Source: Parcubacteria group bacterium Greene0416_36
GTDB taxonomy: Bacteria; Patescibacteriota; Patescibacteriia; VMEV01
DNA length: 64,000 nucleotides
Assembly: GCA_007375725.1 (NCBI GenBank)
Contig: VMEV01000003.1
Location: 50 to 64,049, forward strand
Direction: 5' to 3'
The notes under the pieces were generated by a model, which was given only the letters and a program-made list of their open reading frames with translations, made no database searches and had not been told where the DNA came from. A program made the position numbers and the translations under genes. Shown here in pieces: positions 18,697 to 28,437 of this stretch. The first letter of the stretch is position 1. Every line of letters starts with the position of its first letter.

Positions 18697-18726
18697 GGGG
18701 CGGTCTTGAATGACCGCCCCTTTGCC
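18697..18726 (+). terminator. Terminator hairpin after nrdB (GGGGCGGTC-TTGAA-TGACCGCCCC + TTTG)
   Basis: Read directly; weak T-run. Confidence 0.45.
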
Positions 18727-18806
18727 TTATAGAAGATTCTGATAAAAAAACAACACGAGTGGGTTTCTCATGTTGGATCGATATTCGATCAAAAGTATTT
18801 TTGTTT

Positions 18807-19034
18807 TTACCCTACCTCCTCAGGGAATCTTTCCAGTTTTTTCGATTCTCTCCTCTGTAATTTGATAGGGTCCTCTCTTCTAAATTTCTTCTCATTTCCG
18901 TTTTCGTTCCCATTTTTCACTCCGTTTCCATTCATCCCATGCGTATTTTTTTGCCTAGTTTCTTTCTTGGCTTTTTCTTGTTCCATGACTTTTGCCATGG
19001 TCATTTTTTTGGACATGATAAAGATCTCCATCAA
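18807..19034 (-). CDS. Small basic hypothetical protein (Asn/Gly/Lys-rich)
   Basis: ORF track only; low-complexity; no homology recognised. Confidence 0.15.
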   Translation of the reverse strand: MMEIFIMSKKMTMAKVMEQEKAKKETRQKNTHGMNGNGVKNGNENGNEKKFRREDPIKLQRRESKKLERFPEEVG

Positions 19035-19135
19035 AAATTTTTCAAAAATAATCTGATATACAAAAATGTATTCAACTAATGAATACGGGAGTTATATTAA
19101 GGGATAGATGAAATCTTGTCAAATTCGATTTCTTT

Positions 19136-19384
19136 CTAAATGATTTCCAGCTCTTTGAGCAGTCCCACTTGTTCCTCATTCCCCGGGTCAAATTTCCCGC
19201 GGCTAAACCAGTGGATTCGGTCGAAATCACGGAGGAGGAGGTCCCAGATGTGGAGCCGGCCCTGGAGATAGACATAATCCTTGGTGTAGCAGACGCCGGG
19301 GGTGGCGCAGTCCGTGCCTCGGAAGGTGCGGGCGGCTCGGTCCCATGCGATGTCAGCGGGATTGGCTTGGAGCAGACTGGCCAA
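19136..19384 (-). pseudogene. GC-rich 82-aa ORF in otherwise AT-rich intergenic stretch; possibly remnant of a larger gene
   Basis: ORF track; composition contrast with flanks; no start context; no family recognised. Confidence 0.2.
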
Positions 19385-19606
19385 TTAATATTCCTAAGTC
19401 CCCTCATACTGTTTATAAATACAAACGAATAGGTTGGAAAGGTTGGAATCATTTTCTAGGCACACAAAAACAATTTTTAAGGAATCAATTTAAAAGTCAC
19501 GGAAACTTCCGTGTCTTTTAATTTTGTCTATATCTGCCCATCTTGTCCTTTCCCCCCATTTGGAATACCCTATAAAAATACCCTTTTAGTATTGTTTATC
19601 TTTTGT

Positions 19607-21052
19607 ATGCAAATTACTCTGATGGAGGCGAAAGTATCGGCCAATCATGCCAAATATATTCCGATCATGCTTTCTGTTGGCAAAGAGAAGACCGATGGCT
19701 GGGTGGTGGAGGGGGAGAAAAAGTCATTGGCTTTGGCGGTGGCGGATCCGAAGAAATTGAATCGCCGAAGCTGGTCTATGTTGATTCGCCGAGTTATTTC
19801 AATGGCGAAAGCGCATCATGTAAAGAATATTTGCTTGAATCTTGTTGATTTTAAATTCTCCCATTTGAAAATGTCTTGGGAAGATTTGGTTGAAGAAATA
19901 ACGGTGAATCTCAAGCTCGCCAATTTTGAATTTGTCCGCTACAAAACCAAGCCTGAGGAAGGGTGGAATTGGGTGAAGGAGGTAGCACTTATTACGCCCG
20001 AGGATTCATCGCGCCGTAGTCCCGCCACAAGAGGGACGGAGGCGGATAAATCCGCCAAGGCCGAGATCAAAAAAGGCCTAGAGAGAGGCGTGATTCTTGC
20101 CGACGAGATCAATAATACTCGTGTTCTCGCCAATACTCCCGGCGGCGACATCACGCCCGAGAGTCTCGCCGAAGAGGCGATCAAGGCGGCCAAGGGGCTG
20201 CCCATCAAGGTGGAGGTGCTGGGCGTGGAGAAAATGACCGAACTCAAAATGGGAGGACTCCTGGGCGTGGGGAAAGGGTCGCACTTCAAGCCGCGATTCA
20301 TCATTATGGAATACTTCGGCGGGAAGAAAAGCGAGAAGCCGGTGGTGATGGTGGGTAAAGGCGTGACCTTTGACACCGGAGGACTCAGCCTCAAGCCCGC
20401 CCCTAGTCTGCTCGACATGCATATGGATATGTCCGGCGGGGCGGCATGCATTCACGCGCTCGTGGCCGCGGCCAAGCTCAAGGTCAAGAAGAATTTGGTC
20501 GTACTGGTTCCAGCCGCTGAGAATATGGTCTCGGGCGAGAGTTACCGTCCCAATGATATCTTGACGATGATGTCCGGGAAGACGGTCGAGGTTCTCAATA
20601 CCGATGCCGAGGGCCGTATTATCCTGGCTGATGGACTTCACTATGCTCACCGATATGCGCCTCGTCTCATTGTCGATGTGGCCACACTCACGGGCGCTTC
20701 GCTTGCGGCTTTGGGTCAGTATGGCTCCGGTATTTTTACCAAAGACGAGTCCTTGTCCGATAAATTTTGCAAATGGGGCGAGGAAGTGGGGAACCGCGTC
20801 TGGCCTCTCCCTCTCTGGGACGAGTTCGCCGATGAAATCAAGAGTTCCTTCGCGGATCTCTCCAATATCGGTTCCGTCCGCTGGGGCGACGCTTCCCACG
20901 CCGCCGCATTCCTCTCGTCCTTCGCCGGCGATTTTCCTTGGATCCACCTCGACATGGCCCCCCGCATGGTCGCCACCAAAGCCGATCACCTAGCCAAAGG
21001 AGCAATGGGCGAGCCGGTCCGATTGTTGGTCAAGGTGATGGAAAATTATTAA
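19607..21052 (+). CDS. pepA: Leucyl aminopeptidase (M17 family)
   Basis: NTDAEGRIILADGL signature, M17 catalytic region; start moved to ATG 19607 (upstream part of ORF-track ORF looks non-coding). Confidence 0.85.
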   Translation: MQITLMEAKVSANHAKYIPIMLSVGKEKTDGWVVEGEKKSLALAVADPKKLNRRSWSMLIRRVISMAKAHHVKNICLNLVDFKFSHLKMSWEDLVEEITVNLKLANFEFVRYKTKPEEGWNWVKEVALITPEDSSRRSPATRGTEADKSAKAEIKKGLERGVILADEINNTRVLANTPGGDITPESLAEEAIKAAKGLPIKVEVLGVEKMTELKMGGLLGVGKGSHFKPRFIIMEYFGGKKSEKPVVMVGKGVTFDTGGLSLKPAPSLLDMHMDMSGGAACIHALVAAAKLKVKKNLVVLVPAAENMVSGESYRPNDILTMMSGKTVEVLNTDAEGRIILADGLHYAHRYAPRLIVDVATLTGASLAALGQYGSGIFTKDESLSDKFCKWGEEVGNRVWPLPLWDEFADEIKSSFADLSNIGSVRWGDASHAAAFLSSFAGDFPWIHLDMAPRMVATKADHLAKGAMGEPVRLLVKVMENY

Positions 21053-21133
21053 AAAATCCCTCCCCAGCCCTCCCTTTGACAAGGGAGGGGGTAGCTTCCC
21101 CCTTGTCAAAGGGGGACTGAGGGGGATTTGTTG
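21053..21133. repeat. Composite palindromic repeat, copy D
   Basis: Read directly; begins immediately after pepA stop. Confidence 0.8.
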
Positions 21134-21149
21134 CTGGCTTTTTCTATTT

Positions 21150-21929
21150 ATGAAAAATATCTCTCTTCTCTCCTGGAACGTCAACGGCATCCGCGCGGTC
21201 GATCGAAAAGGTGCGCTCGAATGGCTCCGCGTGGCCGAGTACGACATTGTCGCTCTCCAAGAAATCAAGCTTTCCGATGTATCCCAACTCACGGACAAAG
21301 TGAAAAATGTGCCGGGGTATCATTCGTTTTGGCATCCCTGCTTGGAGCGAAAGGCTTATTCGGGCGTGGCGGTGTACACCAAAAAAGAGCCCAAATCCGT
21401 CAAAACCGATTTTGGAAAAAATAGTCTGCTCTCGCGAGAAGGCCGGGTGATCGAAATGGATTTCGGGGATTTTATATTCCTCAATATTTATTTCCCCAAT
21501 GGGGGATCCGGACCCGAGCGCTTGGATTTTAAGATGCGTTTTTACGCCGAATTTTTGAATTATATAAAAGCACTCGATAAAGCCGGCAAAAATATTATTT
21601 TTTGCGGGGATGTCAATACCGCCCACAAACCCATCGACCTCGCCCGCCCCAAGGCTAATGAGGAAGTATCTGGGTTTCTGCCCATGGAGCGCGCCTGGAT
21701 CGACGAGCTAGTGTCAGCCGGTTTTGTCGATACCTTCCGACTGTTTCACTCGGAGGGGGAGCGATACACTTGGTGGGACCAAAAATCTCGCGCCCGCGAC
21801 CGGAACGTCGGCTGGAGAATCGATTATTTTTTTGTCAATGATCAAATGAAGCACAAGGTCGTCTCTGCGGATATTCTCCCCAATTATATGGGGTCGGATC
21901 ATTGTCCGGTGACTTTGGGGATTAAATAA
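21150..21929 (+). CDS. xth: Exodeoxyribonuclease III (AP endonuclease, ExoIII/APE1 family)
   Basis: LSWNVNGIRA N-terminal motif, DHCPV C-terminal motif. Confidence 0.9.
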   Translation: MKNISLLSWNVNGIRAVDRKGALEWLRVAEYDIVALQEIKLSDVSQLTDKVKNVPGYHSFWHPCLERKAYSGVAVYTKKEPKSVKTDFGKNSLLSREGRVIEMDFGDFIFLNIYFPNGGSGPERLDFKMRFYAEFLNYIKALDKAGKNIIFCGDVNTAHKPIDLARPKANEEVSGFLPMERAWIDELVSAGFVDTFRLFHSEGERYTWWDQKSRARDRNVGWRIDYFFVNDQMKHKVVSADILPNYMGSDHCPVTLGIK

Positions 21930-22011
21930 AAAAATCCCTCCCCAACCCTCCCTTTGACAAGGGAGGGGGTAGCTTCCCCCTTGTCAAAGGGGGATTGAGG
22001 GGGATTTGTTG
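21930..22011. repeat. Composite palindromic repeat, copy E
   Basis: Read directly; begins immediately after xth stop. Confidence 0.8.
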
Positions 22012-22021
22012 CTATATTTCT

Positions 22022-22561
22022 ATGATCGGCAAAACCCATCTCGCCATCGGTGCCGCCTCCGCTTGGATTGGCACGGCTGTACTCTCACTCCCCGCAGTTT
22101 TCTGGGCCCCTATGGTCGGGGCTTTATTCGCGTTGGTTCCTGATATCGATGCGTCAGAAGCAAAAATTTCTAACCTCAATTACAAGGGCATTCAATTTTT
22201 TAGGCCCTTCCAAATGGTCTTCTCCAATTTTAAGCATCGCGGGTTTTGTCATTCGATTGTGTTTTTGATCGGGCTTTATTTATTGGGTCTATACGGCTTT
22301 TATGCGGGCTTTATTTCCGCGGGGTTTCTCTCTTTTGCCATGATCGGCTACGCCAGCCACTTACTCCTCGATGCCCTGACTCCGGCCGGGATCGGCTTGT
22401 TTTGGCCCATTCCTATTAAATTTCGGCTCTTGCCGAGGGTGATTTCTCCCAAGACCGGCGGGTTTGTCGATAGTCTTTTTTGGATCGTGGGAAATGTGGG
22501 ATGGCTTCTCTATTACCTCGTCTATTTTGGCGCCTCGACCGTCCCGGGCGGGGGATTTTAA
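22022..22561 (+). CDS. Membrane-bound metal-dependent hydrolase (YdjM/DUF457-like)
   Basis: MIGKTHLAIGAA...HRGFCHSIVF...SHLLLD pattern; multiple TM helices. Confidence 0.55.
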   Translation: MIGKTHLAIGAASAWIGTAVLSLPAVFWAPMVGALFALVPDIDASEAKISNLNYKGIQFFRPFQMVFSNFKHRGFCHSIVFLIGLYLLGLYGFYAGFISAGFLSFAMIGYASHLLLDALTPAGIGLFWPIPIKFRLLPRVISPKTGGFVDSLFWIVGNVGWLLYYLVYFGASTVPGGGF

Positions 22562-22611
22562 ATTAAAAAACTTCCAATTAAAATGGAAGTTATTTCACTT
22601 AAGAAATTTCT

Positions 22612-24390
22612 TTACAAAGTGGAGCCATAACGAAGAGAAATGGCGTTCCGGCGGAGTTTGAGAGTGGGGGTCAGGAGCCCCGCCTCTATTGTGAAGGGTT
22701 CGGGGATGATCTCAAACTCGTAGATTTTTTCCCATTTTTCTAAGCGGCTATTTACTTTCTGGAGGATATTGTCGAAATCTTCCTTTCGGGTATGCTGATT
22801 TTGAGGAACGATTAATGCTTTTACGAAATTTCTGCTGTTGCCGATAATGCATACTTGCTGGATTTCGGGGTACTGGAGTATTTTTTCTTCAATCGGAAGG
22901 GGGAATACTTTTTCTCCATTGCCTAGGACGATCATGTCTTTAACCCTGCCAATGATTCGGAGTATCCCTTTATTATCTAAATACCCGATGTCTCCAGTGG
23001 CAAGCCAATTATCTTGAAGGATTTTCCCTGTGGCTTCAGGGTTGCGATAATATTCTTTCATGAGCCCGGGGCTTTTAACGAGAATCTCTCCTTCGATGTA
23101 AGGATTCTTGTGGGTCTGAGGCCACTCGTCTGTCGGGATGATTTTGATTTCGACGCCAGAGAGAGGTTTTCCAGCAGCTCCAGGATTCGTTCCATCAGAG
23201 TCAAGAGTGATCACGCCCGCTTCGCTCATGCCAAATCCTACACGAGAGTCCAGTCCAATAGCATTGAAATCTTTGATTATTTCTGTGCGTATTGGGGCTC
23301 CACCGACCAGAAGGGTTCGTACGGATCCGCCCAATTTCTTTTTTATCGTTTGGATCACAGTTCTATCCAAAATATTTTTGAATATTGTGGGCCAGTTTTT
23401 TCGATAAGCGCGGAATGCCAAGCCAAGCAGGGTTCTTTTAATCGGCGAGAGCCCTTTTCCTGCGTGTATTTTTTCCAAGAGAGAGGGGACCGTGCAGATC
23501 AGAGTAGGTTGGTGCAGCTGGAACGCTTCCATGAGATTGGCGGGGGTTGTTTTGTCGCAATGGTAAATATACGCGCCACTCAAAAATAAGAACCACTGTA
23601 CCCATCTTTCAAATATGTGGCTGAGGGGAAGGAAGCTGACATACCTTTCATTTTTTTGGACAAGGTTTAATAATCCGATCATTTTTAGATTTTTGGCAAT
23701 GTCTCCATGAGTATGGACACATCCTTTGCCTTCTCCGGTAGTTCCGGATGTGTATATGATTGTGGCAGGGTCATAATCGGAGACCAGTGGCAGGGTGCTC
23801 ATGTAGGTGAGATGATTCTCGATGTGGGTTCCTGGATATCGGAGGCATGCATCTGTGATCAGGGTGCCGAGGGTCACGCAAGACGGGTCGGCAGTGAAAA
23901 CGAGATAAGTGCTGTCGAGCAGTATTATCTTCTCGATTCCTATTTTTTTGAATTCTTGGATCGCCTGGATATTGGTTCCGATGGTTACTAGCATTTTGCA
24001 TTGTGCGTGCGCGGTTTGTTTTTGTGCGCCTTCTTGGGTTGTGGTTTGGTGGATGGGTACCACGATACCCCCTGCCGATAGTGCGGCCATATCCATCATA
24101 AACCATAATATGCAGTTGGGGGCCCATATTGCGATCCGGTCTCCTTTTTCGAGGCCGGCGTTTATGAGCCCGAATGTTAGATCTAGTACAAATTGACGGA
24201 TTTTTTGGCTATCCATGGCTTCCAATCTCTGCCAGTTATCAGCAGGATTTCGGAAGGTCCCTATATCCGGGCTATTCCAAAAACATTCTAGAATAGTTGA
24301 GTAATTTTGCATTGTTGCAGTCTCCCAATAAATAAATTGTAAATGTTCGACGATTGCCTTTAAAATAGGCTTATAACTGTGGCTTGTCAA
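22612..24390 (-). CDS. AMP-dependent acyl-CoA synthetase/ligase (long-chain fatty-acid-CoA ligase-like)
   Basis: AMP-binding motif IIYTSGTTGEGKG, TGDIGYLD...GRVKD motifs. Confidence 0.85.
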   Translation of the reverse strand: MTSHSYKPILKAIVEHLQFIYWETATMQNYSTILECFWNSPDIGTFRNPADNWQRLEAMDSQKIRQFVLDLTFGLINAGLEKGDRIAIWAPNCILWFMMDMAALSAGGIVVPIHQTTTQEGAQKQTAHAQCKMLVTIGTNIQAIQEFKKIGIEKIILLDSTYLVFTADPSCVTLGTLITDACLRYPGTHIENHLTYMSTLPLVSDYDPATIIYTSGTTGEGKGCVHTHGDIAKNLKMIGLLNLVQKNERYVSFLPLSHIFERWVQWFLFLSGAYIYHCDKTTPANLMEAFQLHQPTLICTVPSLLEKIHAGKGLSPIKRTLLGLAFRAYRKNWPTIFKNILDRTVIQTIKKKLGGSVRTLLVGGAPIRTEIIKDFNAIGLDSRVGFGMSEAGVITLDSDGTNPGAAGKPLSGVEIKIIPTDEWPQTHKNPYIEGEILVKSPGLMKEYYRNPEATGKILQDNWLATGDIGYLDNKGILRIIGRVKDMIVLGNGEKVFPLPIEEKILQYPEIQQVCIIGNSRNFVKALIVPQNQHTRKEDFDNILQKVNSRLEKWEKIYEFEIIPEPFTIEAGLLTPTLKLRRNAISLRYGSTL

Positions 24391-24495
24391 TGTTTTGCAA
24401 TTTTGACTTCCGCCCCTTTTTTTATTATCCTATTTCTGCTGTTGCTTGGTTGTTCCATTCTTCATTCTTAATTCTACATTTTTAATTCTTTCTAT

Positions 24496-24566
24496 TCGGG
24501 GATCGTCTAATGGTAGGACACTGGCCTTTGAAGCCAAGAATCGGGGTTCGACCCCCTGTCCCCGAA
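24496..24566 (+). tRNA. tRNA-Gln (anticodon TTG)
   Basis: Manually folded: acceptor TCGGGGA/TCCCCGA, anticodon loop CUUUGAA, T-arm CGGGGTTCGACCCCC. Confidence 0.8.
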
Positions 24567-24573
24567 CCCAACT

Positions 24574-24603
24574 AAAAACACCTTATTTAAATAGGGTGTT
24601 TTT
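24574..24603 (+). terminator. Intrinsic terminator after tRNA-Gln (AAAAACACC-loop-GGTGTTTTT)
   Basis: Read directly. Confidence 0.6.
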
Positions 24604-24694
24604 GGTTTTATCCTTGTTTTATGTCGGTTTTTGTGTTTACATACTGCTATGTCCAAAAAAGGTGTTCATTCTGTTTATAAGGAGTATCTATCGA

Positions 24695-25185
24695 TGAATA
24701 GTGAAAAAATTAAAGATTTTTTCTTTGAAGCAATGCGGGAAGGGTGGGCGGTGCAATCACCTAAAATCCCCATCTCCAATCTTCCGGGTTCTAAAAGCAT
24801 ACCCTATTCGAAGGGGGAGTATTTTCTTCTCGATTATTATTTTGTGGCTCCTAATTCAAACTCAAGTTATGGCTCGACGGTTATTTGGATTGCTGGTCGG
24901 CCGGTTTGGTTAATGCATTATGGCGGCTGGTACGATGAACCAGTCATTCCGTTTTTAAAACGAGCCTTAATGCAAAATTATAGTGAAAATTTTTTTTGGG
25001 GAGGCAGAGGGCCGGAGCGATTGGAGGGAGAGAGTCATACTTTGCAGTATTTAAATAATGTTGAGCAAAATGATTTCAATAGTTTTCGAGGAAGCGAATA
25101 CATCATTTCAACATCGGACCAATCCGGAAAGCCAGAGGGACAAAAATTAGGGGGACATCATTATTTTGGTGGGCTATTTGTATAA
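24695..25185 (+). CDS. Hypothetical protein (163 aa)
   Basis: Perfect AAGGAG SD 9 nt upstream of ATG at 24695 (ORF-track start 24631 probably too early); no family recognised with confidence. Confidence 0.5.
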
Positions 25186-25347
25186 ATAGGCAATTTTCTT
25201 AAATAGGAGCCCTTGCGTAAGTCATTCAACTTTAAAAAAGGTTGAATTTTTTTATAGCATTTTTATTGCCTTTCTCGTATCATTTTTGATACGATTCGGG
25301 TAGGAAAATGATACGATTTTTGATAAAGTCTGCGATGAGTAATTCAT

Positions 25348-26628
25348 GTGATTATGTTTCCTATTAGAATAAATAAACCGTATTATCATAAGTTTTTTAT
25401 CCAACGGGCAGGTTTAGTTGCTATTTTTGTATCGGCGCGCTGTTTAGCTAAGGACAAAAGCGTTAACAACTTGGATGAAGACTTAAGAATAGAAATCAAT
25501 AATCTGCAATGTCGAGAATATGGGGCCGTGAAGAAAAAACAACTATTTAATATTCCAGCAAGTTTCAATGGTTCAAAATTAAGAGGTCTTAAACAGACCA
25601 TAATTTTTATTTTGGTGTTGCCGAAAGGTGAAAATATATTAAATTTTTTCCCGAAATCGACAGCTATTCTCGAAGATATTTCGATATGTGAATTATCCGG
25701 TCAAAAACAACTTAATTTCAATATAAATGAACGAGCAGAGGATGGAGACAGAAGGCCTTGGGTAACATTTGTACTGATAAATTTACCGTTGTTATCTTTT
25801 TCAGTTGATCTTGCGTTAACTAGGCGTTTTTTGGATAGCGACGATGTGAAAATTATTGTGAATTCAAAAATAAAAAATAATTTCTCGTCCATAAAACATT
25901 TTTTCTGGTATTTAATTGGAGGAAATATTTTTTTCAAAAAAGGAAGTGATCAAAGCCATGAGCGAAGATTTCTAGTTAGTTTTGATGAAAATTTAGACAA
26001 TGGCATTCATTATTTAGAGTTTTTGGCGGATAGAATGCCGAAATTCGATCAGATAACTTTAAACCTTGGCTATAATGAAACTGAAGCAGGCAAGAGGGCG
26101 TCTAATATAATAAAAACATTTTCTCAAATTATTATTGATATTGCTCGTGAATATAGGATAGACCCTGTCATCGTTGCATCAGTTATCTATCAGGAACAAT
26201 CAATAAATGTTAATTTTGTTGATACTTTGACTGATTATGTTGGAGGATTGGCTTATTTAAATACTTCGGTGGGAATTGGCCAGATTAGAGTCAAAACAGC
26301 CGAGAATTTAGAGAAATTGTATCCTGAATTAAGACCGTTGGTTATTGATAATAATTCAGTTGATTCAAATATACTAAGAGTTACAAGGCTGTTAGAGCCT
26401 TCGCTGAATATAAGGTTTGTAGCCGCAAAAATTAAATTCTCGCAGGAGAGATGGAAGCAGTCTGGTTTTGATATAAGCGATAAATCGGATATTTTAGGAA
26501 CTTTATACAACTTGGAAGATATTGCCAATCCGATTTTACCTAATGAAGCACCGGAAGCTAATGATTTTGGTTTGGGTGTAGAAAATAATTATCAGAAGGT
26601 TCGTAAGTTGTTGGGGTATGAAAATTAA
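25348..26628 (+). CDS. Hypothetical protein with C-terminal lytic-transglycosylase (SLT)-like domain
   Basis: C-terminal IASVIYQEQS...SVGIGQIRVKTAENL resembles SLT E-S...G-L-M-Q catalytic region; AT-rich composition differs from flanks. Confidence 0.45.
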   Translation: MIMFPIRINKPYYHKFFIQRAGLVAIFVSARCLAKDKSVNNLDEDLRIEINNLQCREYGAVKKKQLFNIPASFNGSKLRGLKQTIIFILVLPKGENILNFFPKSTAILEDISICELSGQKQLNFNINERAEDGDRRPWVTFVLINLPLLSFSVDLALTRRFLDSDDVKIIVNSKIKNNFSSIKHFFWYLIGGNIFFKKGSDQSHERRFLVSFDENLDNGIHYLEFLADRMPKFDQITLNLGYNETEAGKRASNIIKTFSQIIIDIAREYRIDPVIVASVIYQEQSINVNFVDTLTDYVGGLAYLNTSVGIGQIRVKTAENLEKLYPELRPLVIDNNSVDSNILRVTRLLEPSLNIRFVAAKIKFSQERWKQSGFDISDKSDILGTLYNLEDIANPILPNEAPEANDFGLGVENNYQKVRKLLGYEN

Positions 26629-27202
26629 AAAGGCTTTAAAGGTTTTTTTAATTTTGATTTTAATTTATAATTTATTTCTATTTTGTAGTATTTACTATTA
26701 TTCCAGAATAGAAAAAATTTTAAAAGCTGACGCTATTGTAGTTTTAGGTGCCAGTCAATGGAATGGACAGCCTAGTCCGGTTTTTAAGGCAAGGCTTGAC
26801 CATGCCTATGATTTATACTCCGGATTGTATGCTGATAAATTGATATTGACAGGTGGTATAGGTAAAGGAGAAAATTTATCGGAGGCTGAGGTCGGAAAAA
26901 GATATTTGGTTTCTAAAGGCGTCAAAAAAGAGGCTATTTTAATGGAAGAAAAAGGATGGACTTCTTGGCAAAGTTTGAATAATGTTAAAGATATTATTAA
27001 AGATCAATATGTAGAATCTTTTATCTTGGTAAGTGATGGGTTCCATTTAATGAGGCTGAATAAAATGGGAAATGATTTGGGTTGGAAAGTGACTACTTCT
27101 CCTACCCCCGATAGCCCGATTCTCAGAAATAAGTGGACAGAATTTAGATATATGCTAAGAGAGCTGGGTGTTTATTGGATGTATTTATTTTTTAAAGTTT
27201 AA
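26618..27202 (+). CDS. DUF218 (YdcF/ElyC/SanA-type) envelope-biogenesis protein, N-terminal TM anchor
   Basis: DAIVVLGASQ...RL..A..LY..GLYADKLILTGG pattern typical of DUF218; overlaps upstream gene by 11 nt. Confidence 0.65.
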   Translation: MKIKKALKVFLILILIYNLFLFCSIYYYSRIEKILKADAIVVLGASQWNGQPSPVFKARLDHAYDLYSGLYADKLILTGGIGKGENLSEAEVGKRYLVSKGVKKEAILMEEKGWTSWQSLNNVKDIIKDQYVESFILVSDGFHLMRLNKMGNDLGWKVTTSPTPDSPILRNKWTEFRYMLRELGVYWMYLFFKV

Positions 27203-27309
27203 AAAACATAATATATTTTGGATACGATTTCGCCTAGAAAGGCTTTATTTATCTGTTCTCGTGTTCTTTTTGTGTTCTATCCAAATGATTTTTTTTAGGG
27301 AGAAATATC

Positions 27310-27888
27310 ATGGTTAAAATAGTAAAAAGCAGGAAGAAAAAGACGGGACAAACCGATGACGAGAAATTGGTGAATCAGATCATGAAAAAGGAGAAAAAAA
27401 GGGGGAAGAAATTGTTTAAAGAAAGAGAGCTTTCCGGATCCTTGGAAGTCCAGTGGCAAGCCTTTACAGATGTGATTGCAGTGAGGCGGGATGAAGAAGT
27501 CTTTTGTCTCGTTTCGCTGTCCGCATTGTTTGATTTATTGGCCTTGTCGGATGATAAATTTCGTGAAGTAGGTGAGTGGGGGCTGGAAAAATGGATACCC
27601 CTGGAGTTCGATGATCCCTGTGATTTTGTCCGCAAATGGTTAGCGGCTATTGCTGAAAATCTGGGTATTTTGGACGAAGAAGAGAGGGCGCTTCGTTTGG
27701 AATCTTTTGATAATGATGTGGATTTTTATACAATCGATTGCGAAACTCTGGAGAAAATAAAAAGCCAGATTATCTCTCCTCCGGATTGGGTTGAAAAGCT
27801 ATTCAATAACAATGAGATGTCCTACAATGAAGAAGAGACAGATTCCGATTATGAATCCGGGGAAGATCGTGGTCTATGGGGATCTTAA
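27310..27888 (+). CDS. Hypothetical protein, basic N-terminus and strongly acidic C-terminal region
   Basis: ORF track; no family recognised. Confidence 0.4.
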   Translation: MVKIVKSRKKKTGQTDDEKLVNQIMKKEKKRGKKLFKERELSGSLEVQWQAFTDVIAVRRDEEVFCLVSLSALFDLLALSDDKFREVGEWGLEKWIPLEFDDPCDFVRKWLAAIAENLGILDEEERALRLESFDNDVDFYTIDCETLEKIKSQIISPPDWVEKLFNNNEMSYNEEETDSDYESGEDRGLWGS

Positions 27889-27970
27889 TTTTCTTTACAA
27901 AAGTCAAATTGAAAAATCAAAAAAAAACCGTATCAACGGTTTTTTTAAATTGCATCGCGGCTAAGTAAGG

Positions 27971-28044
27971 TAGCAGGGATGGGGGTCGAACCCATGACCT
28001 CGGGTTTATGATACCCACGCTCTAACCAGCTGAGCTACCCTGCT
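27971..28044 (-). tRNA. tRNA with CAT anticodon (elongator Met or Ile2-lysidine type; not initiator)
   Basis: Manually folded: acceptor AGCAGGG/CCCTGCT, G1-C72 pair and only two G-C in lower anticodon stem argue against initiator. Confidence 0.8.
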
Positions 28045-28103
28045 AAATCTGTGCCTGCACCGCGTAGCCCTCTCCTCGAGCGTAAGCGATGAAGGCGAAG
28101 CGG

Positions 28104-28187
28104 TGCCGTCGGTCGGAATCGAACCGACACCTCGGTGAAGAGACAGGTTTTTGAGACCTGCGTGTCTACCAGTTCCACCACGACGGC
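28104..28187 (-). tRNA. tRNA-Leu (anticodon CAA), type II long variable arm
   Basis: Manually folded: acceptor GCCGTCG/CGACGGC, anticodon stem CAGGT/ACCTG loop CUCAAAA, T-arm GTCGGTTCGATTCCGAC. Confidence 0.8.
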
Positions 28188-28189
28188 CT

Positions 28190-28226
28190 GCCTAATGTCA
28201 AATCGCAAAGCGATTTGACATTAGGC
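28190..28226. repeat. Perfect 37-nt palindrome GCCTAATGTCAAATCGC-AAA-GCGATTTGACATTAGGC between the divergent tRNA cluster and parA
   Basis: Read directly; contains TTGACA on both strands. Confidence 0.5.
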
Positions 28227-28437
28227 GCGTCGAGCCCCCTAAAGGGCGAAGACGTCATGTCTAATCCGCATTTGCAATCGATGCCTTTTTCAGAAAAAGG
28301 TGGTCCCATTTGGAGGATGGACCCATAATTCATACGACAAATATATGCGATTTTATTTGCGTTGTCAAAGGAGAAAAAATGAAATATTATGAAACTACAG
28401 ATCTCTTCGTTTCGAGGAAATTTTATTTTTTTCAGCT

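Noticed and set aside
20078-20989. 303-aa minus-strand ORF antisense to pepA
   Set aside because: It is an antisense artefact of a GC-rich, well-supported M17 peptidase gene.
28230-28437. Canonical parS centromere site near parAB
   Set aside because: No TGTTTCACGTGAAACA-like 16-mer was seen in or around parAB within the window.
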